Assembly: GCA_963692915.1 (NCBI GenBank)
Contig: OY843584.1
Span: 704,001-768,000, forward strand
DNA: 64,000 nt
From: Cenarchaeum sp.
GTDB lineage: Archaea; Thermoproteota; Nitrososphaeria; Nitrososphaerales; Nitrosopumilaceae
Direction: 5' to 3'
The translations under genes and the position numbers were made by a program. The stretch's first letter is position 1. Every line of letters starts with the position of its first letter. Of the stretch, positions 10,400 to 19,529 are shown one piece after another. The notes beneath the pieces were generated by a model. The model saw only the letters and a program-made list of their open reading frames with translations. It was not told where the DNA came from and searched no databases.

Positions 10400-11391
10400 T
10401 AGAGTATGCGCTCGCCGCACTCCTCGCAGCCGGAGTCGCCGCCGGAGTCACGCTGGGCGCAATGCCGCCGCTCATCGCCGCACTCCGCGCCCGCGGCATG
10501 GTCGTGCCTGATGCGCACAAGGCCGCCGGAACCATGGTCGCGCGTCCGGCCGGACCGGCAATCCTGGGGGGCTTTGTAGCCGGCGAGCTCGTCCTCTATG
10601 CGATATACCCGGCCGACGCGCTAGTTGCTGCCATCCTGGCGACTGCGGTGGCATTTTGCGTCGGCCTGGTCGATGACATGCGCACGATGGGCGGATGGTT
10701 CAAGCCCGTCGCCCTCGTTGCAGCAGCCATCCCCATACTGTTCATCGGCGCATATGACACCGACCTGGCGTTTCCGCTCTTTGGCGAGGTCCACATACCC
10801 GTCCTCTATATCGGCGTCGTCGTCGCGATGATGGTCATAATGGGAAACACGCTAAACTCCATAGACGTCTTCAACGGCGTGGCCAGCGGCGTCATGATCA
10901 TTGCCGGCGTGGCCCTCGGCGTCTCGCTGTGCATCATGGGCCGCCACGAGGCCGCCGCGGCGTGTGCGCCCATAGTCGGCATGTCAGTGGCCCTCTGGCG
11001 CCACCACAGAAACCCGAGCCGCGTGTTTCCCGGTGACTCGGGCGCCCTGGCACTCGGATGCATGTACGGCGCAGTCGCCATATACGGGGGTGTCGAGGTC
11101 ATCGCGGCCATAATACTGCTGCCCGCAATCACAAACTCGTTTCTCTTTCTGTCTAGCATGAGGCGCATAGTCGAGCACAGGGACGTCGCGAGGCCGACGA
11201 GGGTCCTCGATGACCTCAGGCTAGAGGCAACTGACGACTCGAGCGCGCCAGTCACGCTAGTGAGGCTCCTCCTCATGGGCGGACCCATGAGCGAGGCGGC
11301 GATCACGCGCTCCATACTCCGGCTCGCGGCGTTCTCGGCGTGCCTTGGCGTGGCCACAGCGGCAGTCTCGCAGGCGGTGCTGCCCGCATGA
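10396..11391 (+). CDS. UDP-GlcNAc:dolichyl-phosphate GlcNAc-1-P transferase (GT4/MraY-like, AglH-type)
   Basis: GLVDD, NSIDVFNG, VFPGDSG motifs; multiple TM helices. Confidence 0.88.
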   Translation: MIEYALAALLAAGVAAGVTLGAMPPLIAALRARGMVVPDAHKAAGTMVARPAGPAILGGFVAGELVLYAIYPADALVAAILATAVAFCVGLVDDMRTMGGWFKPVALVAAAIPILFIGAYDTDLAFPLFGEVHIPVLYIGVVVAMMVIMGNTLNSIDVFNGVASGVMIIAGVALGVSLCIMGRHEAAAACAPIVGMSVALWRHHRNPSRVFPGDSGALALGCMYGAVAIYGGVEVIAAIILLPAITNSFLFLSSMRRIVEHRDVARPTRVLDDLRLEATDDSSAPVTLVRLLLMGGPMSEAAITRSILRLAAFSACLGVATAAVSQAVLPA

Positions 11392-11612
11392 GGCACGCGC
11401 GCGTGTATGCGCTAGTCATCGGCATGTGGGCACTCATGCTAGCCGGCGGCGGCATTGCAGTCAACGTTCTCGGGCCCATCCACGCTGATGATGACGGTGA
11501 TGAGGCTAGCGTCTCGGCCGCAAAGGCCGCAGTCGCCGTTCTCCTCGTCATCGCGTGGGTCTATGTCCTCTCGAGGGTAAAGTCGCTCATATTTGCGCGG
11601 CGTTCGGCCTAG
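11388..11612 (+). CDS. Small two-TM membrane protein
   Basis: ATGA overlap with the upstream gene; two hydrophobic helices. Confidence 0.65.
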   Translation: MRHARVYALVIGMWALMLAGGGIAVNVLGPIHADDDGDEASVSAAKAAVAVLLVIAWVYVLSRVKSLIFARRSA

Positions 11613-11863
11613 GACGCCACGCGTATCTTGGATGGCAGCAAGTCGCGGTTTTTGCGCACAAAGGCGACGTCTGCGGGGATATCGCGCAGGGTATCAGGGA
11701 GCATCACCGGTATGCCCTCGAGTATCGGGTAAAACCTCGAGCACTTTGTGCAGTACAGTGCGCCCTCGTCGACCTCGTCTCCGGACTCGGAGCACACGTA
11801 AAGCTCGAGTGGCGCATGGTGGTCATCCGGACATGCGAGCACGTCGAGCATCTGGCGCCTCAT
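11609..11863 (-). CDS. Trm112-like methyltransferase activator
   Basis: LDVLACP...LYCTKCSRFYPILEGIPVML signature; start at MRRQML. Confidence 0.9.
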   Translation of the reverse strand: MRRQMLDVLACPDDHHAPLELYVCSESGDEVDEGALYCTKCSRFYPILEGIPVMLPDTLRDIPADVAFVRKNRDLLPSKIRVAS

Positions 11864-12879
11864 CTCTGGTCTAGATACACGGGAGCGCCCGTATTTATGG
11901 ATACGAGCATTGCCTCCATCACGTGCGCAAGCGAGGACGGGTTTGGTGGCGGTGGCGGGTGGACGGCCCATGACTGCCACGCTCCCTGTGAGTGGAGACC
12001 GGCAGGATCGATGCCTGTCTCTAGGCCGACGAGCATGGACGGCAGGTGGCGCATGAGGCCATGGCACCCGAGTTCACCATCCGGATCGCCGTATAGGGTG
12101 GCAGGGTGGACGTGCTCCTCCCCAGGACGGCACATGGGGCAATAGTCCGGACCGGCCATGCCATCATTGTATCGCACGGACATCTTGCCCGAGGAGAGGT
12201 CGGCGTGGTTGAGGCCCATGCCTGTCGCCGTGAGCACGATTTCAGAGTTGGCAAACTCGCGATCGATCGGAAATTGGATGCAGTCCCCAGAGTAGGCCGA
12301 GCCTATGGAGGCAAATGCTGTCCGGTCGCCCTCAAAGCGCATCATTAGCGAGACCGAGTCTCCAAGCCTGCGCTCCTCGCCTTCCTGATCGTCATCATCC
12401 TCCCCACGCGGCGAGCTCGCAAAGACGGCCTGTGGTGCCGAGCCGAGCGCAAACATTGCAATGTCAGCGGACAGCGCACACACTGAACGCATGTCAGGGT
12501 GTGGGCCCATGACAGTCGTGGATATGGCCGCCGAGTCGCGCACGTGGTTGCGCGCGTGGCGCATCACGGGGCTATAGCGCGCAATGTGGCTGCCGCAGCC
12601 GAGCCGCAGGCCGGCCTTTTGCGCGGCCTTTTCTAGGCCCTCCCACTCGTTAGACGCGCAAGAGTTGACGTCATAGACCATGACATGAACGCCGGCGCGC
12701 AAGAGGTCCATGGCGAGTCCTGCGCACGAGTCGCCCACATGTCCAATCACGGCAGCACCGCCCTTGCCTGCGACCTCCAGAATCGCATCTACTGTGGGCT
12801 CGACCGTGCGCGCATATAGTGCCACGGGGAGCGAAGGCCCCTCTAGGTGATCCGGCCACCCGGCAAAGACGAGTGCCAC
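11860..12879 (-). CDS. Highly diverged Gfo/Idh/MocA-like oxidoreductase (possibly inactive)
   Basis: Residual similarity only (LLRAGVHVMV, HIARYSP, D.V.LMMRFEG, VMEAMLVSINTGAPVYL); no GxGxxG or EKP motif. Confidence 0.5.
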   Translation of the reverse strand: MALVFAGWPDHLEGPSLPVALYARTVEPTVDAILEVAGKGGAAVIGHVGDSCAGLAMDLLRAGVHVMVYDVNSCASNEWEGLEKAAQKAGLRLGCGSHIARYSPVMRHARNHVRDSAAISTTVMGPHPDMRSVCALSADIAMFALGSAPQAVFASSPRGEDDDDQEGEERRLGDSVSLMMRFEGDRTAFASIGSAYSGDCIQFPIDREFANSEIVLTATGMGLNHADLSSGKMSVRYNDGMAGPDYCPMCRPGEEHVHPATLYGDPDGELGCHGLMRHLPSMLVGLETGIDPAGLHSQGAWQSWAVHPPPPPNPSSLAHVMEAMLVSINTGAPVYLDQR

Positions 12880-13797
12880 CTAGTACACCGCCGTGAGCCA
12901 CCCTGCACGCGTTTCGTTGCGCCCCATGACGGCATCCTCGTATGCGCGCATGAGTGTCCTCGTCAGCTCACCAGGCTTGCCGTTGCCGACCTTTTTGCCG
13001 TCGATCGACGTGACCGGCGTGACCTCGGCGGCCGTTCCGGTCAGGAAGATCTCGTCGGCAACATAGAGCTCGCTGCGCGCAATGTCGCCGACGCGCGCGC
13101 CGATTCCGGCGTCAGGGGCGAGCTGTAGTATGCAGTCGCGCGTGAGGCCCTCGAGTGCGGACGAGGCGAGCGTCGGCGTGATTAGCTCGCCGTGGCGCAC
13201 GACAAAGATGTTCTCGCCTGGCGCCTCGCTCAAGAACCCACGCGAGTCGAGGAGGATCGCCTCGTCGTATCCGTTGCGGTGGGCCTCCTGCGTTGCGATT
13301 ATCGCGTTGAGATAGTTTCCGCCCGCCTTTGCCATGTGCGGCGTTGAGGCATCAGAGAACTTTTTCCACGACGAGATGCCCGCCGATATTCCCGACGCTG
13401 GAAAGAGCCGGCCTGCCGGAAACGCGTACATTGCCGTGCGAACCGGCGCGCCGGGCGCAATGTCGAGGTTTATCCCATAGTCGCCGACAAAGCAGAACGG
13501 CCTGACATAGCACGACTTTTTGAGTCGGTTCTTGCGGCAGATGCCCGTGACTGCCGAGGCGAGCTCGTCGGCGCTGTGCTTGAGTGACATCGAGTAGAAT
13601 GACGCCGACTCGGCGAGGCGCCTGACGTGGTCGTCGAGGCGCACAACGTTGAGGTTCTTGCCGTTCCAGTATGCGCGGATTCCCTCAAAGACAGACGTCC
13701 CATAGTGGAGCGCGTGTGTCGTGATGGGCACGCGCGCGCCGGCTAGTGGGCAGTATCGGCCGTCAAGCCACGCCGTGGGACACGGGCTGAACTTCAT
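12880..13797 (-). CDS. ilvE: Branched-chain amino acid aminotransferase
   Basis: HALHYGTSVFEGIRAY, AKAGGNY, EAPGENIF, LEGLTR, FLTGTAAEV. Confidence 0.95.
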   Translation of the reverse strand: MKFSPCPTAWLDGRYCPLAGARVPITTHALHYGTSVFEGIRAYWNGKNLNVVRLDDHVRRLAESASFYSMSLKHSADELASAVTGICRKNRLKKSCYVRPFCFVGDYGINLDIAPGAPVRTAMYAFPAGRLFPASGISAGISSWKKFSDASTPHMAKAGGNYLNAIIATQEAHRNGYDEAILLDSRGFLSEAPGENIFVVRHGELITPTLASSALEGLTRDCILQLAPDAGIGARVGDIARSELYVADEIFLTGTAAEVTPVTSIDGKKVGNGKPGELTRTLMRAYEDAVMGRNETRAGWLTAVY

Positions 13798-13943
13798 CGG
13801 GTTGGGCGTGCGCGCATGGAGTAATTAACGTATTTGCGCGAATTTGGGCAGAAGAGCGACTCCCAGACCCCGCGCATAGTGGCCACAGTCGTTCCTGCGA
13901 TCGCCCAAAACGGATATTAATGCGCCCCCTAGCGCGCAGGGCG

Positions 13944-14063
13944 ATGCCAGAGAGGACAATGCCGGTCTGCTGCACCGAGGAGCAACACCGCATAATCACG
14001 GAATACGCCAAGAGACGCGGCATGACTGACGCGTCGCAGGCCGTAGAGTCGTTGCTCGACTAG
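13944..14063 (+). CDS. 39-aa small protein MPERTMPVCCTEEQHRIITEYAKRRGMTDASQAVESLLD (RHH-like)
   Basis: ATG..TAG frame below the ORF-track cutoff; ATATTAAT ~23-30 nt upstream; strand-helix-helix pattern. Confidence 0.6.
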   Translation: MPERTMPVCCTEEQHRIITEYAKRRGMTDASQAVESLLD

Positions 14064-14126
14064 CCCAACGCTTTTTACCCCTAAACGGTGGCGCGAGGCC
14101 ATGAACCCATGGCGTGGTGCGCCCTG

Positions 14127-14537
14127 ATGGGGCTATTTTCAAGAAAGCCAACAGTGTGTGCCGTGTGCGGCAAGGAGACGAGGCACTCGCACAAGCCAAA
14201 GCGCGAGTGGGGCGTGTCAGGCAGGCTGTGCGGCGACTGCCATGTGGAGAAGACAAAGGCGCACTATGACTCGATGACGCAGCAAGCATGTGTCGTGTGC
14301 GGCACCGTAAAGAGAATGCATGACCTCTGGGAGCCGCACTGGAAGTGGGACATGGACGGCCTGCTGTGCAAGTCGTGCTTTGACTCGCATGGCGAGGAGC
14401 ACGAGAAAAAGCGCAACAACTGCTCGCGCTGCGGCGGCAAGATGGGAATCATACGCTACAACCCAAAGCCAAAGTGGAAGATCACCGGCCAGCTATGCCG
14501 GAACTGCTGGGATGTGCAAAAGGCCGAGCTCGGCTAG
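14127..14537 (+). CDS. Triple-repeat Cys-rich zinc-finger protein
   Basis: Three CxxC...PxxxWxxxGxLCxxC repeats. Confidence 0.75.
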   Translation: MGLFSRKPTVCAVCGKETRHSHKPKREWGVSGRLCGDCHVEKTKAHYDSMTQQACVVCGTVKRMHDLWEPHWKWDMDGLLCKSCFDSHGEEHEKKRNNCSRCGGKMGIIRYNPKPKWKITGQLCRNCWDVQKAELG

Positions 14538-14572
14538 CGCGCAGCAGGAATTGAAAGGTGGGCAGTTGTGCC

Positions 14573-14854
14573 CTAGAGTGCACTTATCGACTTTACCACA
14601 GGGGGCCTGTTCTTGACAAAGACGCGAAATCCGCAAATGCACTTTATCTCTGGCAGCCTGTCGAGCTCCTCGGCCGGAGCAGGCGTGTTGCAGCGCAGGC
14701 AAGAGTACATTACGCTGTTGCGCTCAGGCTCGACAGTCTCGGCATCCTCGTCGCCGTCAGTCGACTCGGCGGCTCCCGTTGAGCCAAACGCCGTGTTGGG
14801 CACGAGGGCCGTGTCGGCCTCTGGAGGCGTTGGTGGGACGCTCTCGTCTACCAT
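14573..14854 (-). CDS. rpoP: RNA polymerase subunit P (Rpo12) with acidic N-terminal extension
   Basis: YSCLRC...IKCICGFRVFVKNRPP. Confidence 0.88.
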   Translation of the reverse strand: MVDESVPPTPPEADTALVPNTAFGSTGAAESTDGDEDAETVEPERNSVMYSCLRCNTPAPAEELDRLPEIKCICGFRVFVKNRPPVVKSISAL

Positions 14855-14897
14855 GCCAGAGCCCCCGCACGCGCCAATTTAAGCCGTTCTGCGCGAG

Positions 14898-15212
14898 TCA
14901 CTTTAGCACCAGCTCGATATACACGCCATCGGGCATGTTTAGCCTCATCAGCTGCCTTATCGCCGAGCCCTTGCCATCGGCGCTAATGTCCATGATACGC
15001 CGGTGCATGCGCATCTCCCACTTTTCGTACGTCTCGGTTCCGCTTCCGCACGGGGACTTGCGCGTGTCGATGTGGAGGCGCTTTACGGGCAGCGGTGTCG
15101 GACCCTTTATGCGAACGCCTGTCTTTAGGCCGATTCCGTGGATCTCCTGGCACACAGAATCCAGCTTGGCAAGGTCAGAGCTTGTCAGTTTGACTCGGGC
15201 TGACTGGGCCAA
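14898..15212 (-). CDS. rps10: 30S ribosomal protein S10 (uS10)
   Basis: GPTPLP, RKSPCGSGT, WEMRMHRR; TTG start. Confidence 0.97.
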   Translation of the reverse strand: MAQSARVKLTSSDLAKLDSVCQEIHGIGLKTGVRIKGPTPLPVKRLHIDTRKSPCGSGTETYEKWEMRMHRRIMDISADGKGSAIRQLMRLNMPDGVYIELVLK

Positions 15213-15225
15213 TCAAGCACACCAG

Positions 15226-16524
15226 CTATGGGGTGTGCTCTTCGGTAATCTCTTTCACAATTCCGGCGGCAACCGTCGCGCCCATGTCACGCAGGGCAAA
15301 GCGACCCATCTCGGGATACTCTTTGAACGTCTCTATGGGCGTCGGGCGGACGGGCCTTATCCTCACAATGGCCGAGTCGCCGACCTTTAGGAACTTTGGG
15401 TTCTCCTCGTCAGTCGCGCCCGTGGCGGCGTTTATCTTTGCCTCAAATGACGTTATCGTCGCGGCGACCTGCGCCGTGTGGCAGTGCATGACCGGCGTGT
15501 AGCCAGGTGCGATTGCAGTGGGGTGGTGGATCACTATAATCTGCGCCTTGAACTCTTTTGCGACCTTTGGCGGATCACTCGGAGAGCCCAGCACGTCACC
15601 GCGCTTTATGTCCTTTTTCTCAATTCCGCGAAGGTTGAACCCAATGTTGTCACCAGCCTGCGCCGACTCTAGCTGCTGGTGGTGCGTCTCTATGGACTTT
15701 ATCTCTCCGGCAGCGCCAGATGGCATCACGACGATCTTGTCACCAGGCTTCATCTTGCCCGTCTCGACACGGCCGACGGGAACCGTTCCGACACCCGTGA
15801 TCGTGTAGACGTCCTGGACAGGCACGCGCAGCGGCTTGCTTATCGGCTTCTCCTCGACCTTGAAGTCATCAAAGCACTCTAGGAGCGTCTTGCCCTTGTA
15901 CCATGACATGTTCTCGGACTTTTTGACGAGATTGTCGCCCTTCCAGCCTGAGACGGGTATGAACGGAACATCGTCGAGCTTGTAGCCGACTGACTGGCAG
16001 AGCTTGCCGCCCTTTTCAACGACTGCCTTGTAGGCGTCCTCCTTGTAGTCGACGGCGTCCATCTTGTTGACTGCCACTATGATCTGCTTTACGCCGAGCG
16101 TCTTTAGGAGGAACGCGTGCTCGCGAGCCTGGCCTCCGGCAGCTATTGCCGTGTCCGTCTCACCCTCCTTTGCCGAGAGGACGAGAATCGCACAGTCGGC
16201 CTCTGAAGCGCCGGTGATCATGTTCTTGATAAAGTCCCTGTGACCGGGCGCGTCGATGAGCGTAAAGAAGAACTTTGGCGTCTCGAACTTTTGGAACGCG
16301 AGGTCTATCGTGATGCCCCTCTCCCTCTCGTCCTTTATGTTGTCCATGACCCATGCGTACTTGAAGGTGTCACCCTTGCCCGTCTTTTCGGACTCTTCGG
16401 CGTGCTGCGCTATCGTCCTCTCGTCTACCACGCCCAAATCCATGAGAAAGTGGCCCATCGTGGTGGACTTGCCGTTGTCGATGTGCCCCGTAACTATGAG
16501 GTTCAGGTGTTCCTTGTCAGCCAA
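15226..16524 (-). CDS. tuf: Elongation factor 1-alpha
   Basis: GHIDNGKST, ERERGITID, DAPGHRDF, NKMD, GRFALRDMG; likely TTG start (MADKEHL). Confidence 0.98.
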   Translation of the reverse strand: MADKEHLNLIVTGHIDNGKSTTMGHFLMDLGVVDERTIAQHAEESEKTGKGDTFKYAWVMDNIKDERERGITIDLAFQKFETPKFFFTLIDAPGHRDFIKNMITGASEADCAILVLSAKEGETDTAIAAGGQAREHAFLLKTLGVKQIIVAVNKMDAVDYKEDAYKAVVEKGGKLCQSVGYKLDDVPFIPVSGWKGDNLVKKSENMSWYKGKTLLECFDDFKVEEKPISKPLRVPVQDVYTITGVGTVPVGRVETGKMKPGDKIVVMPSGAAGEIKSIETHHQQLESAQAGDNIGFNLRGIEKKDIKRGDVLGSPSDPPKVAKEFKAQIIVIHHPTAIAPGYTPVMHCHTAQVAATITSFEAKINAATGATDEENPKFLKVGDSAIVRIRPVRPTPIETFKEYPEMGRFALRDMGATVAAGIVKEITEEHTP

Positions 16525-16952
16525 GTGTGACACCCGTCAGAATGGGGGTTTATTACCCTTGTGATGGTCGGCGATATGGCCTGCCATGGCAGGCTAGCCA
16601 CGGCGCGGCATGGCGCGCCGCCGTGGGTCGGCAAGCCCCAGCTTGGGCCAGAACTGCCCATGCAGAGCCCCATATCTCGCACGGGGAGGCAGAGCGAGCC
16701 GGCTAGCGCAAACTCCTCAACAGGACCGCCATGCAGGGCTCCCGTCTCTTGCGTCAAGCGCACGCGGCAGGGCGACAATCACCCGTGGCGTGTCCAGGCG
16801 AAGCCCATGCACAGAACCGCAGATGATGCCCCCCAGGGCAGTCCACAAGCTGTGGGCATGCCCCCACACCACATAACCACTGGAAGGCCAGAAATTGGCC
16901 AACCCGATCAGGCCAACCACAGGCAATAAATACAAAGCGGGTTCAGCCGGAC

Positions 16953-17516
16953 GTGTTGAAAGTAGTCGAGGTAAACACGGAAGAGGCTTTTAGGCACTAC
17001 GGCATTGTCGATCCCAGAGACGAGGACGCGGTACAAGAAAGAATCAAACTGACATGCTCGTTTTTGCACATGCTGCGCAATGAGAATCTGATCATATGCA
17101 AGGCATCTCCGGACATAGCATCACTGAACACGAGAAAGCGAATTCAAAGTATGACGTATTTGGCATTTCGCGTGTTCGATCTTCCGCTTGGTTATTGGTA
17201 CAATTTGTACATATATGGCCCATATTCGGTCACGCTGGCCACTGAATATTACCAAATTCCAAACGTCAGGAAACATGAGGCCATCACCACTAAAGAATGG
17301 CCCAAAATGGACGAGTTTTTGGACTTTGTGAGGAGGCAAGACACAGACTGGCTAGAGGTAGTCACTACACTCCACTACATAGCGGCAAAGGAGAGGATTG
17401 CTGGTGACAAGTTGGTTTCGCGCGTCAGTGACCTCTGTCACGTATTGGGCATCAAGGCAGCGTATGACAAAGTGAACAAGGCAAGTTTTTGGGACAAGGC
17501 AAGATATCTTTTATGA
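16953..17516 (+). CDS. YwgA/Panacea(SocA)-like protein, accessory insert
   Basis: RKRIQSMTY..LGYWYNLYIYGPYS..LA and WLEVVTTLH motifs; lower GC than flanks. Confidence 0.55.
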   Translation: MLKVVEVNTEEAFRHYGIVDPRDEDAVQERIKLTCSFLHMLRNENLIICKASPDIASLNTRKRIQSMTYLAFRVFDLPLGYWYNLYIYGPYSVTLATEYYQIPNVRKHEAITTKEWPKMDEFLDFVRRQDTDWLEVVTTLHYIAAKERIAGDKLVSRVSDLCHVLGIKAAYDKVNKASFWDKARYLL

Positions 17517-17870
17517 AAAGATGCCATTATTGCCGTATGCATATCTGACCACAGCAACTGGCATCACGTGCCCAGGCAAGACAACGCATTACGGGCAAGC
17601 CGAATAGCTCGCCAAACGACTCTACCCAGAGCCCACGTCGTTCGCACCCGGCACCGCGTCGGCCATGCCCTGCCGTCCCATCATCATGCCCACGCACGAG
17701 TTCAGCATAACCCGTCATTCTGGCCAGGTGAGCACCTCGTTGAGTCACTTGCCACAGTTTCCGCCAAGGCGGCAGGAAGCGCGCCCAGGGGGTCGCTGAA
17801 AGATCCGGATACCGCATCTCACGTCCACGGGGCAGAACGACATAAATCAGACGGGATTTGGCGCCCCCGC

Positions 17871-19001
17871 ATGAAGGTCACAGTGTCTGCCATAAAGGCC
17901 GACGTTGGCGGGATCGGAGGCCACACCAGGCCGAGTGATGCGCTCCTCGAGGCGGTTCGCAAGACTGTCGCCGCATCAGACATTCTCCTTGACAGCTATA
18001 TCGGGTACTGTGGAGATGACGTCCACATTGTGATGGCCCACACGCGCGGCACCGACGACACTGACGTGCACGGCCTGGCATGGCGCGCCTTTGAGGCCGG
18101 AACCGAGGTCGCAAGGCGCGAGGGACTCTATGGCGCCGGCCAGGACCTGCTAAAGGACTCGTTCTCTGGAAATGTAAAGGGCATGGGGCCCGGAGCCGCC
18201 GAGATCGAGTTCGAGGAGAGGCCAAATGAGGCATTTGTCGTCTTTGCGGCCGACAAGACCGAGCCCGGCGCGTTCAACTATCCGCTCTATCGCCTCTTTG
18301 CGGACAGCCTCAGCAACACCGGCCTCATCGTCAACAAGTCACTCGCATCAGGCGTTGTCATGGACATCATGGACGTCGAGGAGGGCATGGTGGCCAGCCT
18401 CAGCCTCTGGGAGGACAAGCCGGCCATAGAGGCCGCACTAATGTATCCCGGCAGGTACGTCATCGAGTCTGTTCGCACGCGCGAGGGCGAGCCCATACTC
18501 TCCGCATCAACTGACAGGCTGCACAACATAGCCGGCACGTACGTCGGAAAGGACGATCCCATATGCCTCGTGCGCACGCAAAAGCTCTTTCCGGCAACAG
18601 AGGAGGCCGGCAGCGTCTTTAACAACCCCCACTATGTTGCCGGAAACACTCGCGGCAGCCACAACATGCCGCTCATGCCCGTAAAGCTAAACACGGCGGC
18701 TAGCATCAACTTTTGCATACCCATAGTGTCATCACTCGTGTTTAGCATGCACGATGGCAAGTTCACCGGCCCGTTTGACGGCTTTTCAACGCCGGACTGG
18801 GATTACATTCGCAACATCGCAGTCAGGAAGGCCATGGCTATGCGCAGCCAGGGCTTTATCCATCCGGCCACGCTCGTGCCCTCGGAGCTAGAGTACGCCG
18901 AGGGGTACAAGGCCATAATGGATCGCGTGCGGTCCAGGATGCGCCCCGTTGAGGGCGGCGATGGCGGGGCTAGCAAGGGAACCTATGAGGATCCCGACTA
19001 G
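17871..19001 (+). CDS. fbp: Bifunctional fructose-1,6-bisphosphate aldolase/phosphatase (class V)
   Basis: IKADVGG, GLYGAGQDLL, DKTEPGAFN, YVGKDDP, RGSHNMPLMP. Confidence 0.96.
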   Translation: MKVTVSAIKADVGGIGGHTRPSDALLEAVRKTVAASDILLDSYIGYCGDDVHIVMAHTRGTDDTDVHGLAWRAFEAGTEVARREGLYGAGQDLLKDSFSGNVKGMGPGAAEIEFEERPNEAFVVFAADKTEPGAFNYPLYRLFADSLSNTGLIVNKSLASGVVMDIMDVEEGMVASLSLWEDKPAIEAALMYPGRYVIESVRTREGEPILSASTDRLHNIAGTYVGKDDPICLVRTQKLFPATEEAGSVFNNPHYVAGNTRGSHNMPLMPVKLNTAASINFCIPIVSSLVFSMHDGKFTGPFDGFSTPDWDYIRNIAVRKAMAMRSQGFIHPATLVPSELEYAEGYKAIMDRVRSRMRPVEGGDGGASKGTYEDPD

Positions 19002-19075
19002 TGCCCTGATCGCAGGCGCAGCCCATGGACAAAATGTCGGCAAGGCTTAAAAACAAACTGTCCCATCGTCTTACC

Positions 19076-19471
19076 ATGAGGGGTCTGGGTGTCGCGACGG
19101 TCATCATCTCCGTGCTAGGCGTAGTGGCCTTTGCGCAAACGCTCGTCACGCTCTTTGGAAAGGACATACCCGGCGTGATGATATCCTTCTTCAAGGGAGC
19201 CGAGGAGTTTGTCATGCTCGGCGTCATCTTTGTCTTTGTCCTTGCATGGATGAGGAAGGCACAGCCGCGCCGGCGCAGCGGGCCGTACTCGATAGTCGCC
19301 TTTGACGTCTTTGGCCGCGAGACGCGCGTAGACGGGATTCGCACGTCATTTAGGAGCCGCGATGTCGCGCTAAGCTTTGCGAGGCAGTACAGGCACATGC
19401 ACCCCATGCACAACTTTGCCGTCCTGACGGACGCCAGTGAGGCACGGCGCACGATAATACGCTACGTCTAG
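19076..19471 (+). CDS. Hypothetical membrane protein
   Basis: Two TM helices plus a small basic domain; CTTAAAAA ~25 nt upstream. Confidence 0.7.
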   Translation: MRGLGVATVIISVLGVVAFAQTLVTLFGKDIPGVMISFFKGAEEFVMLGVIFVFVLAWMRKAQPRRRSGPYSIVAFDVFGRETRVDGIRTSFRSRDVALSFARQYRHMHPMHNFAVLTDASEARRTIIRYV

Positions 19472-19529
19472 GGCGCGCGTGGCACTGGGCAGCTAATTTT
19501 TAACCCAAGGGGTCACGCCGCGCCCTGCA

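Noticed and set aside
17568-17870. 100-aa N-terminal extension of fbp
   Set aside because: Family homology starts at MKVTVS (17871); upstream is spacer-like
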